Positions 35,594-46,650 of a stretch of DNA of 64,000 nt are shown one piece after another. The stretch covers positions 1,088,001 through 1,152,000 of the forward strand of contig CAVTET010000001.1 in NCBI GenBank assembly GCA_963733675.1, written 5' to 3'. The notes below the pieces were generated by a model. The model did not search any database, was not told where the DNA came from, and was given only the letters and a program-made list of their open reading frames with translations. Origin of the DNA: an uncultured Methanosarcinaceae archaeon (GTDB lineage: Archaea; Halobacteriota; Methanosarcinia; Methanosarcinales; Methanosarcinaceae). The stretch's first letter is position 1. Each line of letters opens with the position of its first letter. Position numbers and translations under genes: made by a program.

Positions 35594-35779
35594 TCAGCCT
35601 GCCTTCTGATAAATATATCTTACTAGTTCACCTGTGGAGAAGTTGACGTCCATTATATTATTGTCAGGAGTATCTTCTATATATTTGACTAGAGCTCTCA
35701 AACTACCCTGATGGGCGCAGACTATCACATTTATTCCATCTTTTACTGCAGGCATAACTGTTTGCACAAAGTAGAACAC
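35594..35779 (-). pseudogene. Histidine-phosphatase/phosphoglycerate mutase C-terminal fragment
   Basis: NVIVCAHQGSLRALVKYIE...STGE. Confidence 0.7.
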
Positions 35780-36185
35780 AAAAGGTGTTGTGAAATGCTG
35801 ATCAAATGCAGTTTCAGAGAATAAGAATGAGAATCTTGAGATAATCGGCGATGGAGCAGATGTAATTAGAAAACAAATTCTAGCAAAGTTTACTTTGCTT
35901 AAATAATGAACTGAGTTCTCAACTTGTTAAGATTTTCCATCAAAACTTAACCAATTTTTATTAAAATACCCCTTACCTTCTGATTTTATGATGTAGTATA
36001 ATAACTGGGGTTACCAAAATCATCACCATCAACTTTTTAAATCCCGCTGCTTAATTGTTCACATGTGATTTTTAATACCGATATTTGAATCTTTATAGCA
36101 ATATTTTCTTAAAATATTGTCATCTTTGAATTTCTATTGACTCAATTCGCAAATTATATAATAGATTAAATATATAACTTATAAA

Positions 36186-36797
36186 GTGGAATATTCCGAA
36201 CTATTACAACTTCAACTACAAACTATTTTAGCAGAGTATGCTGCATTAAAGTCCGAAATTAAGTATCGAACTAGATTTCAAAATCATCTTGTTAAGATGC
36301 ATTTTATTCTTCTAGGTGCTATTGTCGTAGCTGGTTTATTCAATATTCTAACCCTAAAAAAGAGTTTGTTGCTTATTCCGATAGAATCTTCCTTATTTGG
36401 GTTATGGTATTTTGACTGTGGTCTTAGAATTTTGGAAATTGGAACGTATATCAGAAAATGCATTGAAACGCATGTTCAGAAAATACTGAGAAAAAATGAA
36501 ACAAGACCAAAAATTCTGATATGGGAATCTGAGTTTAGAAAAGAGTGTAACAATGATCCTTTTGCGATAAAAATTTGTTCTCTGATATTGATTTTGTTGA
36601 CCTTTGGTGGGCCGACTTTATTATGTATCGCATATGGATATTTCTATTTTTATCCGCCGATTAATAATTATTCATTTATTAGTATATTAAGTGTTATAAT
36701 CAATTTAGTTTTAGCTTGTATATTCTTTTTCTTCACAATTTGGTTTATATACAAGACTACAAAATCTATTTTGGAAATTAAAAATGAGTCAAAATAA
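36186..36797 (+). CDS. Hypothetical membrane protein (about 4 TM)
   Basis: 203-aa ORF; EY..L..EI..R helix followed by hydrophobic segments. Confidence 0.7.
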   Translation: MEYSELLQLQLQTILAEYAALKSEIKYRTRFQNHLVKMHFILLGAIVVAGLFNILTLKKSLLLIPIESSLFGLWYFDCGLRILEIGTYIRKCIETHVQKILRKNETRPKILIWESEFRKECNNDPFAIKICSLILILLTFGGPTLLCIAYGYFYFYPPINNYSFISILSVIINLVLACIFFFFTIWFIYKTTKSILEIKNESK

Positions 36798-36892
36798 AGA
36801 ATTTTCCATTACTAGTGTAAGCAAAATAAGGAAACTACTCATCTCATAAATCACCTAACTTAGTTATTCTACATATTATGAGTTAATAAAGA

Positions 36893-36976
36893 GGTTCCGT
36901 TGCAAAAAATCCTTTCTAATGATACAATAGAATAAAAAGAAAACCAAAGATAGTAATATGCTATCGAATTCCTTTC
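36893..36976 (+). mobile_element. Partial IS6 (left end only)
   Basis: TIR, leader and ATG CTA TCG AAT TCC TTT, then unrelated sequence. Confidence 0.9.
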
Positions 36977-37647
36977 TTTTTCTTTAACTGCAAAAAAGCA
37001 TGACTCTGAGCCAATGGTTATGCCGACTAAGTTATGGGTCTATTGTTTCATCGATGCACAGTTTTAGTGTCTAAATTTCTGGATTTCCTAAATGCCATCA
37101 GTAATAAGAAAACACTGTTGATCTTTGACTCATGGAGCTTATGGAACTCCTAGAACATCTGGAGCTCCTGGAACACTTGAAATTTATTGGCCAAAACAAT
37201 CATCGTAAATAGAAAAATAAGGAAATGATAATTATGTATTTCTGGCAGTGTACCCAAAGTTCTGTGAAGTGTAGTTGATTTTGTATCTTTTTCTGCCCAA
37301 TGAAAAATAGGGGTTGCTCAGTTTGTTAGCAGAATGAGTTAAACAGTTAGGGAAAAATAAGCTTAAATGCATCGGATTGATTCTCTCACTAACTACACAA
37401 TCAATTAAAAATAATTACCAATATATTTTTGTTTTTGACTACAAAAAATCTTATGCAGGATTATTTTTTTGTTTAGAAACTAGTTTTCGTATAATTAATT
37501 TAAAATAATTTAGGGGTTATTATACATTGTAGTTTTAAGTGGTCAGTGGCTTGAATATATAATCTTACAAGTGAACAGCTACTTGAATATATGATCTTAC
37601 ATACAATATTTAATGATTGAAATTTTTCTAAACATAGGGGAAAAAGC

Positions 37648-38151
37648 ATGAATAATAAAGAAGAACAGACAATGATTGAGACATGTCCAAGTTGCGGGAA
37701 GCCGCTCAAGATAGAACAAACAGGCGGAGAAGAAGATTTTCTTCACTGCGCAGAGATCTTTGCTAATCCGGCAACGATACCAACTGGAACAAGGGTGATT
37801 GCGGACCAGGCTAAATTACTTTTCGTAGACGGCAATATGCACGAGTATACTCGAGAAGATTACATCAAAAATAACGACATTGATCCTCTCCCCATCTGGA
37901 GAGTAATCGAGAAATGGCGTGAAGAGCAGACAATCAAGAAAGAAAAATCTACTGTTAAAGGATTGAAACATGATTACAAATATACAAGGGATCACAAAAT
38001 GCCTTCAATCGAAACCAGATATGGCGAAATGGATTTTTACATAGATCCAGAAGGAAAGATACATATCCATTTTACAGAAAACGAAATTCGTGAGCAGGAG
38101 CAACTAAAAAAAGAATCTAAAAATTTTCCCACAAGGTATGAGTATTGGTAA
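37648..38151 (+). CDS. Hypothetical protein with N-terminal CPxC; paralog of 44918-45220
   Basis: First ~94 aa nearly identical to the 44918 ORF; purine-rich RBS. Confidence 0.8.
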   Translation: MNNKEEQTMIETCPSCGKPLKIEQTGGEEDFLHCAEIFANPATIPTGTRVIADQAKLLFVDGNMHEYTREDYIKNNDIDPLPIWRVIEKWREEQTIKKEKSTVKGLKHDYKYTRDHKMPSIETRYGEMDFYIDPEGKIHIHFTENEIREQEQLKKESKNFPTRYEYW

Positions 38152-38214
38152 TCCACATATTCTTTAGGCAAGATTCAGTAAAAGATGACTATTCAACCTG
38201 TTGAGTGATTATAA

Positions 38215-38337
38215 CAGGAAACTGATCTTGAAGAATCTAACCTTAAAGGAGTTCAACTTGAAAAGGCTCACGTCGAAGGAACTGATTTGTAGGGGCGCAC
38301 TTTGAAAAAGCCCATCTTGAAGGGACTAACCTTGAAG
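38215..38337 (+). pseudogene. Pentapeptide-repeat fragment truncated by IS6
   Basis: TDLEESNLKGVQLEKAHVEGTDL, AHLEGTNLE. Confidence 0.7.
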
Positions 38338-39193
38338 GGTTCCGTTGCAAAAAATTCAAAAAAATATGTAAATCTATAAATAATGAATAAAAATCAAAAT
38401 ATTCAAGGAAAATGTACTAACATTATAAAATAATACCAAACAATTGATTAATGTATTTGACTTCATTAAAAACAGAGTAATTTAGATTATTGACTTGTCC
38501 TTTTTTGACTATATTCATAGCTTCAATTTCTTTTAAAGTCTTGATAGCTGTACAAAAAGACTGAAAGCCTAACATTGGACGAATTATTCGTTTTATAGAT
38601 CTACGATCCTGTTCAACAACATTATTCAAATACTTGATTTGCCGAAGGTTTACGTTTTTAGGTAATACTTCGTCATTTTTGAGTTCACTTATCGCAGATA
38701 GATAAGCTGGATTTTTATCTACAGTTATTACCTTTGGAATTCGATTATGATTAGAACTCAAAGCTTTCTTAAAAAAACATTTCGCATCACTTCTATCACG
38801 CTTTGCACTCAGCATAAAATCAACTGTGCTTCCAGTTGAATCAACTGCTCTGTAAAGATATTTCCATTCACCCTTTACCTTGATGTAGGTTTCGTCCATT
38901 CTCCAAGAGTCAGTGGTTGGTTTTAAGTATCTACGTACCTTCTTTTCGATCTCAGGAGAATATTGATGCACCCATCTCATTAGAGTAGTATGATCAACTT
39001 GTACTCCTCTTTCTATCATCATTTCCTTTAAATTGCGATAGCTAATGGGATATTTTAGTTACCACCTTACGTTTAATAGGACAATTTCTCCTTCGTAATG
39101 TTTCCACTTAAAGGAATTAGATAGCATATTATCGTTCTATTGATTTTCCCTTTATTCAATTGAATCCTTATTATGAATTTTTGCAACGGAACC
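38338..39193 (-). mobile_element. Divergent IS6-family element with early TAA
   Basis: TIRs; start at 39127 MLSNSFKWKHYEGEIVLLNVRW*, then open to 38423. Confidence 0.93.
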
Positions 39194-39204
39194 GTTTTAA
39201 CCCT

Positions 39205-39391
39205 GTCAGTAGTAGAAATAGCCATAACCATAGTAAGGATAACAATAACTGATATAAAGGCTAGCCCCAGCCGTAGCCGCCCCAATCACCATAGCCTCCA
39301 TAGCCGCTCCAACCGCCATAGCCGTCACGACAGCCGAAGCCCCACCATGATGTGCACTAGCTGCTACTGCTGTTAACGATACAACAAAAAG
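39205..39391 (-). pseudogene. Gly/Tyr-rich small secreted protein remnant between two IS6 copies
   Basis: FVVSLTAVAASAHHGG.../GYGGWSGYGGYGDW/...CYPYYGYGYFYY* with frameshifts; start removed by IS6. Confidence 0.65.
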
Positions 39392-40246
39392 GGTTCAGTT
39401 GCAAAAACTTCAAAAAAATATGTAAATCTATAAGTGATTAATAAAAATCAAAACATTCAAGGAAAATGTACTAACATTATAAAACTATACCAAATAATTG
39501 ATTAATGTATTTGACTTCATTAAGAACAGAGTAATTTAGATCGATTACTTGTCCTTTTTTGATCATATTTATAGCTTCAATTCCTTTTAAAGTCTTATTA
39601 GCAGATCGAAAAGACTGAAATCCTAACATTGGATTAACGATTCTCTTTATAGATCTGTGATCTTGTTCTATAATGTTATTCAAATACTTGATTTGTCGAA
39701 TGCCTACGTTTTTAGGTAGTATTTTATCAATTTTTAGTTTATCTATAGCAGGTGGATAAGCTGGATTCTTATCAACGGTTATTAATCTTGGAATTTGATT
39801 ATGATTAGAACTTAAAGCTTTCTTAAAGAATCTCTTCGCTGCCTTTCTATCTCGTTTTGAACTTAACATGAAATCAATTGTATCTCCATTTGAGTCAACT
39901 GCTCGGTAAAAATATTTCCATTTACCTTTTACTTTGATATAGGTTTCATCAACTCTCCACGAATCATTTGTTGGTCTTAAATGTCTTCTTATCTTCTTTT
40001 CTATTTCAGGGGAATATTGATGTACCCATCTCATGATTGTTGTATGGTCGACTTTTACTCCCCTTTCTGCCATCATTTCCTTTAAATTTCTATAACTTAA
40101 TGCATATTTTAAGTACCATCTTACATTCAATAAGATAATTTCCCCTTCATAATGCTTCCATTTAAAGGAATTAGATAGCATGTTACTATCTTTGGTTTTC
40201 TTTTTATTCTATTGTATCATTAGAAAGGATTTTTTGCAACGGAACC
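39392..40246 (-). mobile_element. IS6-family element with intact 234-aa transposase (39477-40181)
   Basis: TIRs GGTTCAGTTGCAAA / TTGCAACGGAACC; full DDE ORF. Confidence 0.97.
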
Positions 40247-40459
40247 TTCAGGATGGCTACACGTACACTGATTTATTCTAATTCAAATAAAGCTCTAGCC
40301 TTCTATTCCAGATATCGAGTCCCCTTTTCGTTGCATACCAGTAAAAAAGTCATCACAGTCTTAAGTTTCACTGGGCAGCCAGCAGGTTAATCGACCATAG
40401 TAGCAATACCACAAATACCTGTCTATACTTTATATCCTTGATCAGGAAGAATCACACTG

Positions 40460-41139
40460 TCAGGCTACATATGCCGTCGATAGTTGTGGGTTGACTGCAA
40501 TTTGCTGCGGGTTTGGTGGTACACATAGAGTTTTAACAAGAGCATAATTATTTGCGGCGTCAATTACATCTATAGCGCCACCTGTACTCTCAGGGGTGTA
40601 TGTGTACACCACATATACTTTTGTTCCATCGACTGCAATTCCAAAAGGAACACTGAAGCTTGAACTTATTAAAGGCAAGGGTGTAACAGCATAATTATTT
40701 GTGGTGTAAATTTCATAGGCATTATAGTAACCGTGCTTAAACTCGTTGGTGGCGCCAACAGTCTCTTGGCTAGTTACATATATTTTTTTCCATCTTGACT
40801 GACTGCAATTCCGTAAGGAGCTTTTATAGGCACACATGTATAAGTATTGCTAACTGTATCAAATATAGTGACACTGTTGTTGTTCCGGATAGTCACACAT
40901 ACCTTTGTTCCATCTGGGGTGACTGCAACTCCGTAAGGATGGTTCAATCCCGTAACTTTATTGATGATAGTATCGTTTGCTGTGTCAATTATAGAGACAT
41001 TACCATCATGAGAACTGAGACCACTGTTTGTGATAAATGCGAATGGTGCTGCGCCTATTATGTTTACCAGCATTAAATTCATAGCTATTGAAAGGAAGGC
41101 TATCAAATGCAATTTTTGTTTATATATCACGTATTCCAA
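40460..41139 (-). pseudogene. YVTN-type beta-propeller surface protein, frameshifted and truncated
   Basis: Signal peptide ...AAPFAFITN, NVSIIDTA, PYGVAVTPDGTKV repeats over two frames. Confidence 0.85.
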
Positions 41140-41615
41140 TTACTTTCCCGTATCATTAATTGGTAAAATTCGAAGATTATTCTGTAAGATGCTAAATATT
41201 CATCTACCTGTTTCTGAGTGTTGTAACATATTTAACTTTTATCATAAATTAATATAGTTATCCACTTATAATCACAAAATTTGTTAGCTTCTTACTTATC
41301 TATTCATTTCTGAACAAAATCCGATATTATAGTTGCAATATTAGTACGAAATCGGCTAATGCAGGTTGATGATACTGTTTTCCATTTAATGATAATGGGA
41401 AGTATACTAATTACCAAAAAATCGATCAGAGAGTTGCTAAATGAATTTGGTTTTCAAAAAAGTAGTATGTAGAGCCAATAATTTTATTGATAAAGTTCTT
41501 GTATCTATTTTTCTCACGGATGTCTTGTTTTTAAAGTAAAGCAGATGTATATTCTTAACATCAACGGCCAATCATTATTACTGCACTATTAACCCTACAC
41601 TCACAAACATAAAAG

Positions 41616-41764
41616 GGTTCTGTTGCAAAAATAATTTTACTGTCCTTTTAGACTATAATTATTGTTTTTTGTATCATTATTGACCTGTTTATAGCATATA
41701 AATATCTCATTTGTGATGTTTTTAATTGGTTTTGTAAAATAGCCAGATTTTTTGCAACAGAATC
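41616..41764. mobile_element. 149-bp MITE with IS6-type TIRs (family A)
   Basis: GGTTCTGTTGCAAAAA ... AGCCAGATTTTTTGCAACAGAATC. Confidence 0.85.
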
Positions 41765-42447
41765 GTTTTTATTATGTCAGCAGATTTTCACAAACTTAAC
41801 ATTAAATTGTATACCCTATAAAAGATTTTAAAATTGAACAATAATTTAAAATTAATCATAGTTTATTTCTACATAAAATATTTTTAACAATAATACTAAT
41901 TAAATATTAATTATATTCTATAATTATTTCAGAATAATATCCACAAATTATCATTAAATACTGTAATTTAAAGATGGTAACCATGGTTGTAAATATTGTT
42001 AGTTTTCCGATTATATGCTTAATTTTAGTATTATTTAGTTGATACTGCAGCTAAAGTTTCATAAAATATGATTGTTTCTTCATACTTTTTTTCACTGCAA
42101 AAAGTAGGATACAGAGCCAATATTTTACAATAATTAAAAAATGTAATGAATATAAGATTGCAGTTGTTTTTTAAGTTGTTTCATGCTGAAATAAATTTTA
42201 TTCAGAAGCTATTAATAAAACAATGTTAATATCAAATAGTTGTTCAATGTTAAAATATTTTATGGGAAAAGAAGTTTTATTCGGAAACTATTTTTTTTAT
42301 AATTAATTTAAAATAACTAACAAACTAATGATATAACTCGAATCACAATCTTGGCTTTATTCTGTTAACGTATTTTACGCAAAACTTTGAATATCAAGTA
42401 TAGTGATTTTTAAAAAACATGTGATAAAGTAAAGGGGACTCTAATAT

Positions 42448-42630
42448 ATGACCAATATTAAAGTAAACGTTAGGTGGATTGATGGGTATTATGAGTCATT
42501 CGAATGTACAGAAGTTAGATATGGTTTAGATCTACTATGGATGATGTTGGTAGACAATAAAAACCGACACATTCCACTTCGAAATGTACGTTGGTTTTCA
42601 GTTACACCGGTAAGCCGTGAGACAACATGA
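42448..42630 (+). CDS. 60-aa hypothetical protein
   Basis: AAGGGGA RBS; globular beta-rich composition; shared upstream module at ~42251. Confidence 0.6.
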   Translation: MTNIKVNVRWIDGYYESFECTEVRYGLDLLWMMLVDNKNRHIPLRNVRWFSVTPVSRETT

Positions 42631-43305
42631 AGGTCTATTAATTTTTCGTTTGCTATATTAAATTCTCTAGTTGAGAAGGTAAACTTTATCGATTTATTAG
42701 ATATGCCATTATTAGGTTCACTGAAATATTCTATTCTCTAAAAAAATTAAAATGTTAGATTCTATCGACTTCATAAATAACAACAAACAATCAATAATAT
42801 TTATTTTTTAACTACAAAAAATAATTCTGTAAATTATTTTTTTTGTTTAGGAACTATTTTTCGTATAATTAATTTAAAACATTTGGCTGAGTTATTATAC
42901 ATTGTGATTTTAAGTGGTCAGTGACTTAAAAATATGATCTTACGCTTGATGCGCCTTAGGTTAACTATAATTTTAGGTTCATGGGGCTTTTTAGATAAGC
43001 TTTCCAGTGGTTGAATTGGATCTGTTATTTTGATCACCTGTTTAAAATTTCCGTTTTTCTAGTTATGTATCTTTTTAATACAAATTATCTTTATTGATGT
43101 CAGTATTTTAAGATGTCAAGAGCGTATTTTATATAAAATAATTCGCGCTGTAAAAATAAGCATATTAAAAAAAGATGGGCTGGAGCCTTAGAAAAGTCGT
43201 TCTATTGCCGAGCCTTAAATAATAAACCAACTTCTCCCAAGAATATCTGTTCGTTAATCTCTAGATGAGATATCTGGGAAAAATTGTGTCACTGCTGATC
43301 TATAC

Positions 43306-43789
43306 CTAATATACTAATAGCTCTCGAAAGTTATTAAATCTGTATCTTTTTTGCTGACTCTTCCAATCCATTTTCGGGAGTGTTATAGTCAGGACACCAT
43401 TTTCAATTTTTGCGGTGTTCACCTCCTCTTTAACACGGGTAGGTAGGCGAACAGCTCGGTAAAAGTGAGTATATTCTCTTTCCTTACGAATATATCCTTC
43501 CTCTTCTGTCTCTTTTTCCTTTCCAGTCTTTGCACTTATTTCAAGCATGTCTCCCTTAAGGTTTAGCTCTATCCTCTTCATTGATTCCAGGCAGGTAGGT
43601 AGTGACCAAATGTTTGTTTCCTTCGTCCTTGATATCAATGGCAAGAGTAAATACATTTCCTCCTTCCCATTTTTTCGTAGGCATGAAGTCTTCAGACAGC
43701 AGGTTCAGACGTTCCTGGGTTTTCTTAATCTCTTCAAATGGATCCCAGAGCGTAGGCTCTCGAAATATTCTTATAGCAGGCCAATTCAT
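43306..43789 (-). pseudogene. Hsp20/alpha-crystallin, frameshifted
   Basis: WDPFEE...IDIKDEG...LPG in one frame; YIRKER.Y..FYRAVRLP...AKIENGVLTITLPK in another. Confidence 0.85.
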
Positions 43790-43933
43790 CTAAAATTCCC
43801 CATAAAACACAGTACTTGTGTCATTTTGGATATCTTAAAGAAGTGTATATAGCATTTTCTTAACAATTTCACGTAAATGGGGATTAGATCATTTTTTAGA
43901 GTTTTTCTATGACCTAAGGATATGACTATACAT

Positions 43934-43973
43934 TTAAAATTTTTAATCTAGCATTAAAATTTTTAATCTAGCA
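43934..43973. repeat. Perfect 20-bp tandem duplication
   Basis: TTAAAATTTTTAATCTAGCA x2. Confidence 0.9.
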
Positions 43974-44305
43974 TTAGGGTACTAATAACGAATTTTATCA
44001 ATTTTTTAAAAGCAGATATTTGATTTAAGATGAACAAGATTAATTCCGAATGCTTTTTTAAGAAAAAGTCAGTGTTAAAATTTATAAAGATCTCCTAGTA
44101 AAATTAAAAACATAATTAATATAAAGTTATTGTTTTAGATTGAAATATTTTATGGGAACATAATTTTTATTCAGAAATTATTTTTTGTATAATTAATTTA
44201 AAATAAACAAAAGAGTAATTGTAATCAAAGATATAACCTAACTGAAATAAGCAATGTAACATTAATTGATTTCTTAATAATGTATAACTATTTTGGGGTA
44301 ATAAA

Positions 44306-44605
44306 ATGGCGGAAACCTTGAGACTATCACCAGTAATCTGTGCATATCCTGACGACAATTACGAAAATTATCTAATTGAGGTAGTTCTTCCAGGGGTCGA
44401 AAAGAAAGATATTTCTTTTAAGCTTACTGAAGACAGTTTTTATATAGCTGCTAGTAAAGAAGGAGTTCAGTATCTAGATAGTTATTCGATATGCTGTCCT
44501 GTAAACCCAAAAAAAGCAGTTGCTAAATACTCAAATGGTGTGCTTAAAGTCACAGTACCTTATCAAGAGCCTTTTGAAAAATTGATAGATGTGAAAATCG
44601 AATAA
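44306..44605 (+). CDS. Small heat-shock (Hsp20-like) protein
   Basis: IEVVLPGVEKKDI, AKYSNGVLKVTVP. Confidence 0.88.
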   Translation: MAETLRLSPVICAYPDDNYENYLIEVVLPGVEKKDISFKLTEDSFYIAASKEGVQYLDSYSICCPVNPKKAVAKYSNGVLKVTVPYQEPFEKLIDVKIE

Positions 44606-44644
44606 TATGATAATTGAAGAAAACATTCTTTACAAAAGAAATAC

Positions 44645-44796
44645 GATCCCGTTGCAAAAATATTATTTCTGCAATTTGACACTATAAGTTTCACCTTTAT
44701 GTGTCATTTTCTTTCTAATGAAAATGATTACCTTTCCTTAATTGTTAAGGTTTTTTTCTGATTTTGCAAGAAAGCCAGATTTTTTGCAACGGAACA
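44645..44796. mobile_element. ~152-bp MITE with IS6-type TIRs (family A)
   Basis: GATCCCGTTGCAAAAATA ... AAAGCCAGATTTTTTGCAACGGAAC. Confidence 0.8.
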
Positions 44797-44917
44797 ACGA
44801 AATGGGCTGAAGACTAAGCATTCGAAAAATTAAACGAGTTCAAAGCAACAACAATGCCCACACCTCTTTCTCACGATTTTAATGGATTGAAATTTTTATA
44901 AACATAGGAGGAAAAGC

Positions 44918-45220
44918 GTGAATAATAGAGAAGAACAGACAATGATTGGGATATGTCCAAGTTGCGAAAAGCCGCTCGAGATAGAACAAAGGGGTGGAGA
45001 AGAAGATTTTCTTCACTGTACAGAAATCTGTGCTAATCCGGCAATGATACCTACAGGAACGAGGGTAATGGCAGACCAAGCTAAATTACTCTTCGTAGAC
45101 GGCAATATGCACGAGTATACTCGAGAAGATTACATCAAAAACAACGGCATTGATCCTCTACCCATCTGGAAAGCGATCGAGAAATGGCGCGAGGAGCAAA
45201 TAAAAAAATGGGAAAAGTGA
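44918..45220 (+). CDS. 100-aa hypothetical protein, paralog of 37648-38151
   Basis: GGAGG RBS, GTG start; CPSC...HC...C. Confidence 0.8.
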   Translation: MNNREEQTMIGICPSCEKPLEIEQRGGEEDFLHCTEICANPAMIPTGTRVMADQAKLLFVDGNMHEYTREDYIKNNGIDPLPIWKAIEKWREEQIKKWEK

Positions 45221-45341
45221 ATTTTGAAGTTTACATATTCGGCCTATTTTCCTCTTCTTTTAATTTTTCAAACGCCTTATAAGGCCTAAAATCGCAATTT
45301 CACTGACAAAACTGGAATAATTATTGAATGTAAGGTGGAGT

Positions 45342-45989
45342 ATGTTCAAAAACCGCAAAGATGCAGGAGAAAAACTTGCTAAGGCTCTTGAAAAGTATAA
45401 AGCAGAAAAACCTCTAATTCTTGCTATCCCACGTGGGGGAGTGGAGGTGGGATTGCAGGTTGCAAAAAAGCTGAATGCGGCTTTTTCCCTTATCATTGCA
45501 AGGAAACTACCTTTTCCAGATAACCCTGAAACTGGATTCGGGGCAATAGCCGAGAACGGGAGCACTTTCATCCTTGAAAATGCGTATTACTGGCTCTCAG
45601 GAGAAAATATCGAGAAAATCAAGCAACAGCAGATTGCAGAAATCGAGAGACGCGTAAAAGTTCTAAGAGGAAAACATCCTTTGCCCGAGATAAAAGGAAG
45701 AACTGTGATACTTATCGATGACGGCATTGCAATGGGTTCTACAATGAGAGCAGCGATTGAACTTTGCAAAAAAAGGGAAGCTAGAAAAATTGTGGTAGCA
45801 GTACCTGTAATTGGAAAGGAGGTTGCAGTAGAGATTGAGAAAAAAGTCGACGAACTTGTAGTGCTTGAAATTCCTCGAAACTTCAGGGCTATTGCAGAGG
45901 CTTATGAGAAATGGTACGATGTCTCGGATGGGGAAGTTCTCGACCTGCTCAGAGAACAAGTATATGAGAAAAAAGCTGAAAGGTCGTAA
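45342..45989 (+). CDS. Type I phosphoribosyltransferase-family protein
   Basis: MFKNRKDAG, LAIPRGG, VILIDDGIAMGSTM; ATG at 45342 after AGGTGGAG. Confidence 0.9.
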   Translation: MFKNRKDAGEKLAKALEKYKAEKPLILAIPRGGVEVGLQVAKKLNAAFSLIIARKLPFPDNPETGFGAIAENGSTFILENAYYWLSGENIEKIKQQQIAEIERRVKVLRGKHPLPEIKGRTVILIDDGIAMGSTMRAAIELCKKREARKIVVAVPVIGKEVAVEIEKKVDELVVLEIPRNFRAIAEAYEKWYDVSDGEVLDLLREQVYEKKAERS

Positions 45990-46240
45990 TTTCGATATAC
46001 TCGAAGTCTGAAAGAAGTTATTTTTTAGTTAAATATAAATTTACGTAGTTGAAATGAAAATCAATAGCATTAAATCTTCAACTGCCTAATTGTAAATTTG
46101 GCCATAATATCTATTCTTCCTTAAAATTGGAGGAGGGATACATGAACACAAGGTCCAAAATAGAATAACTGTCAGTAGAGATGCAAAACTTTAGGCCAAA
46201 ATCCTTTGCTGAAGAAATAAGCTCACTATTAATGTCAAAC

Positions 46241-46332
46241 CTATAATTTTGATAAACTCCTAGATTTAGTCATATACTTATAAATAGTAGATAAACAACT
46301 CGTGAAAATCAGAAGTTTATCGAAATTCTCTA
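46241..46332. mobile_element. MITE-like repeat, family B copy 3
   Basis: TATAATTTTGATAAAC ... GTTTATCGAAATTCTCTA. Confidence 0.7.
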
Positions 46333-46650
46333 AATTACTACGGTATAAATGCTTCACAAAGCCTTTGAATTTGATAAACTGGAATTACCAAAAAATGCTT
46401 TCTTAAACAGTTTGCCAGAATAAATAAATTTAGAATCTGGATTGGATTATTTGGTTTGTGGAATCTAAAAAATTAAAAAAGTTTCACAGCGAAATTATTC
46501 CAATATAAGATATCTTTTTGATGACTTTTAAATGGGTGATATTTTATTTTAATGAGTAGTATTGATAGGGAACTTTAAAAGAATTTTTTCTGAAATTTGA
46601 ATATTTTAACATTTTTGAACGCTATCTATTGAAAAATTCAGATCACTCAA

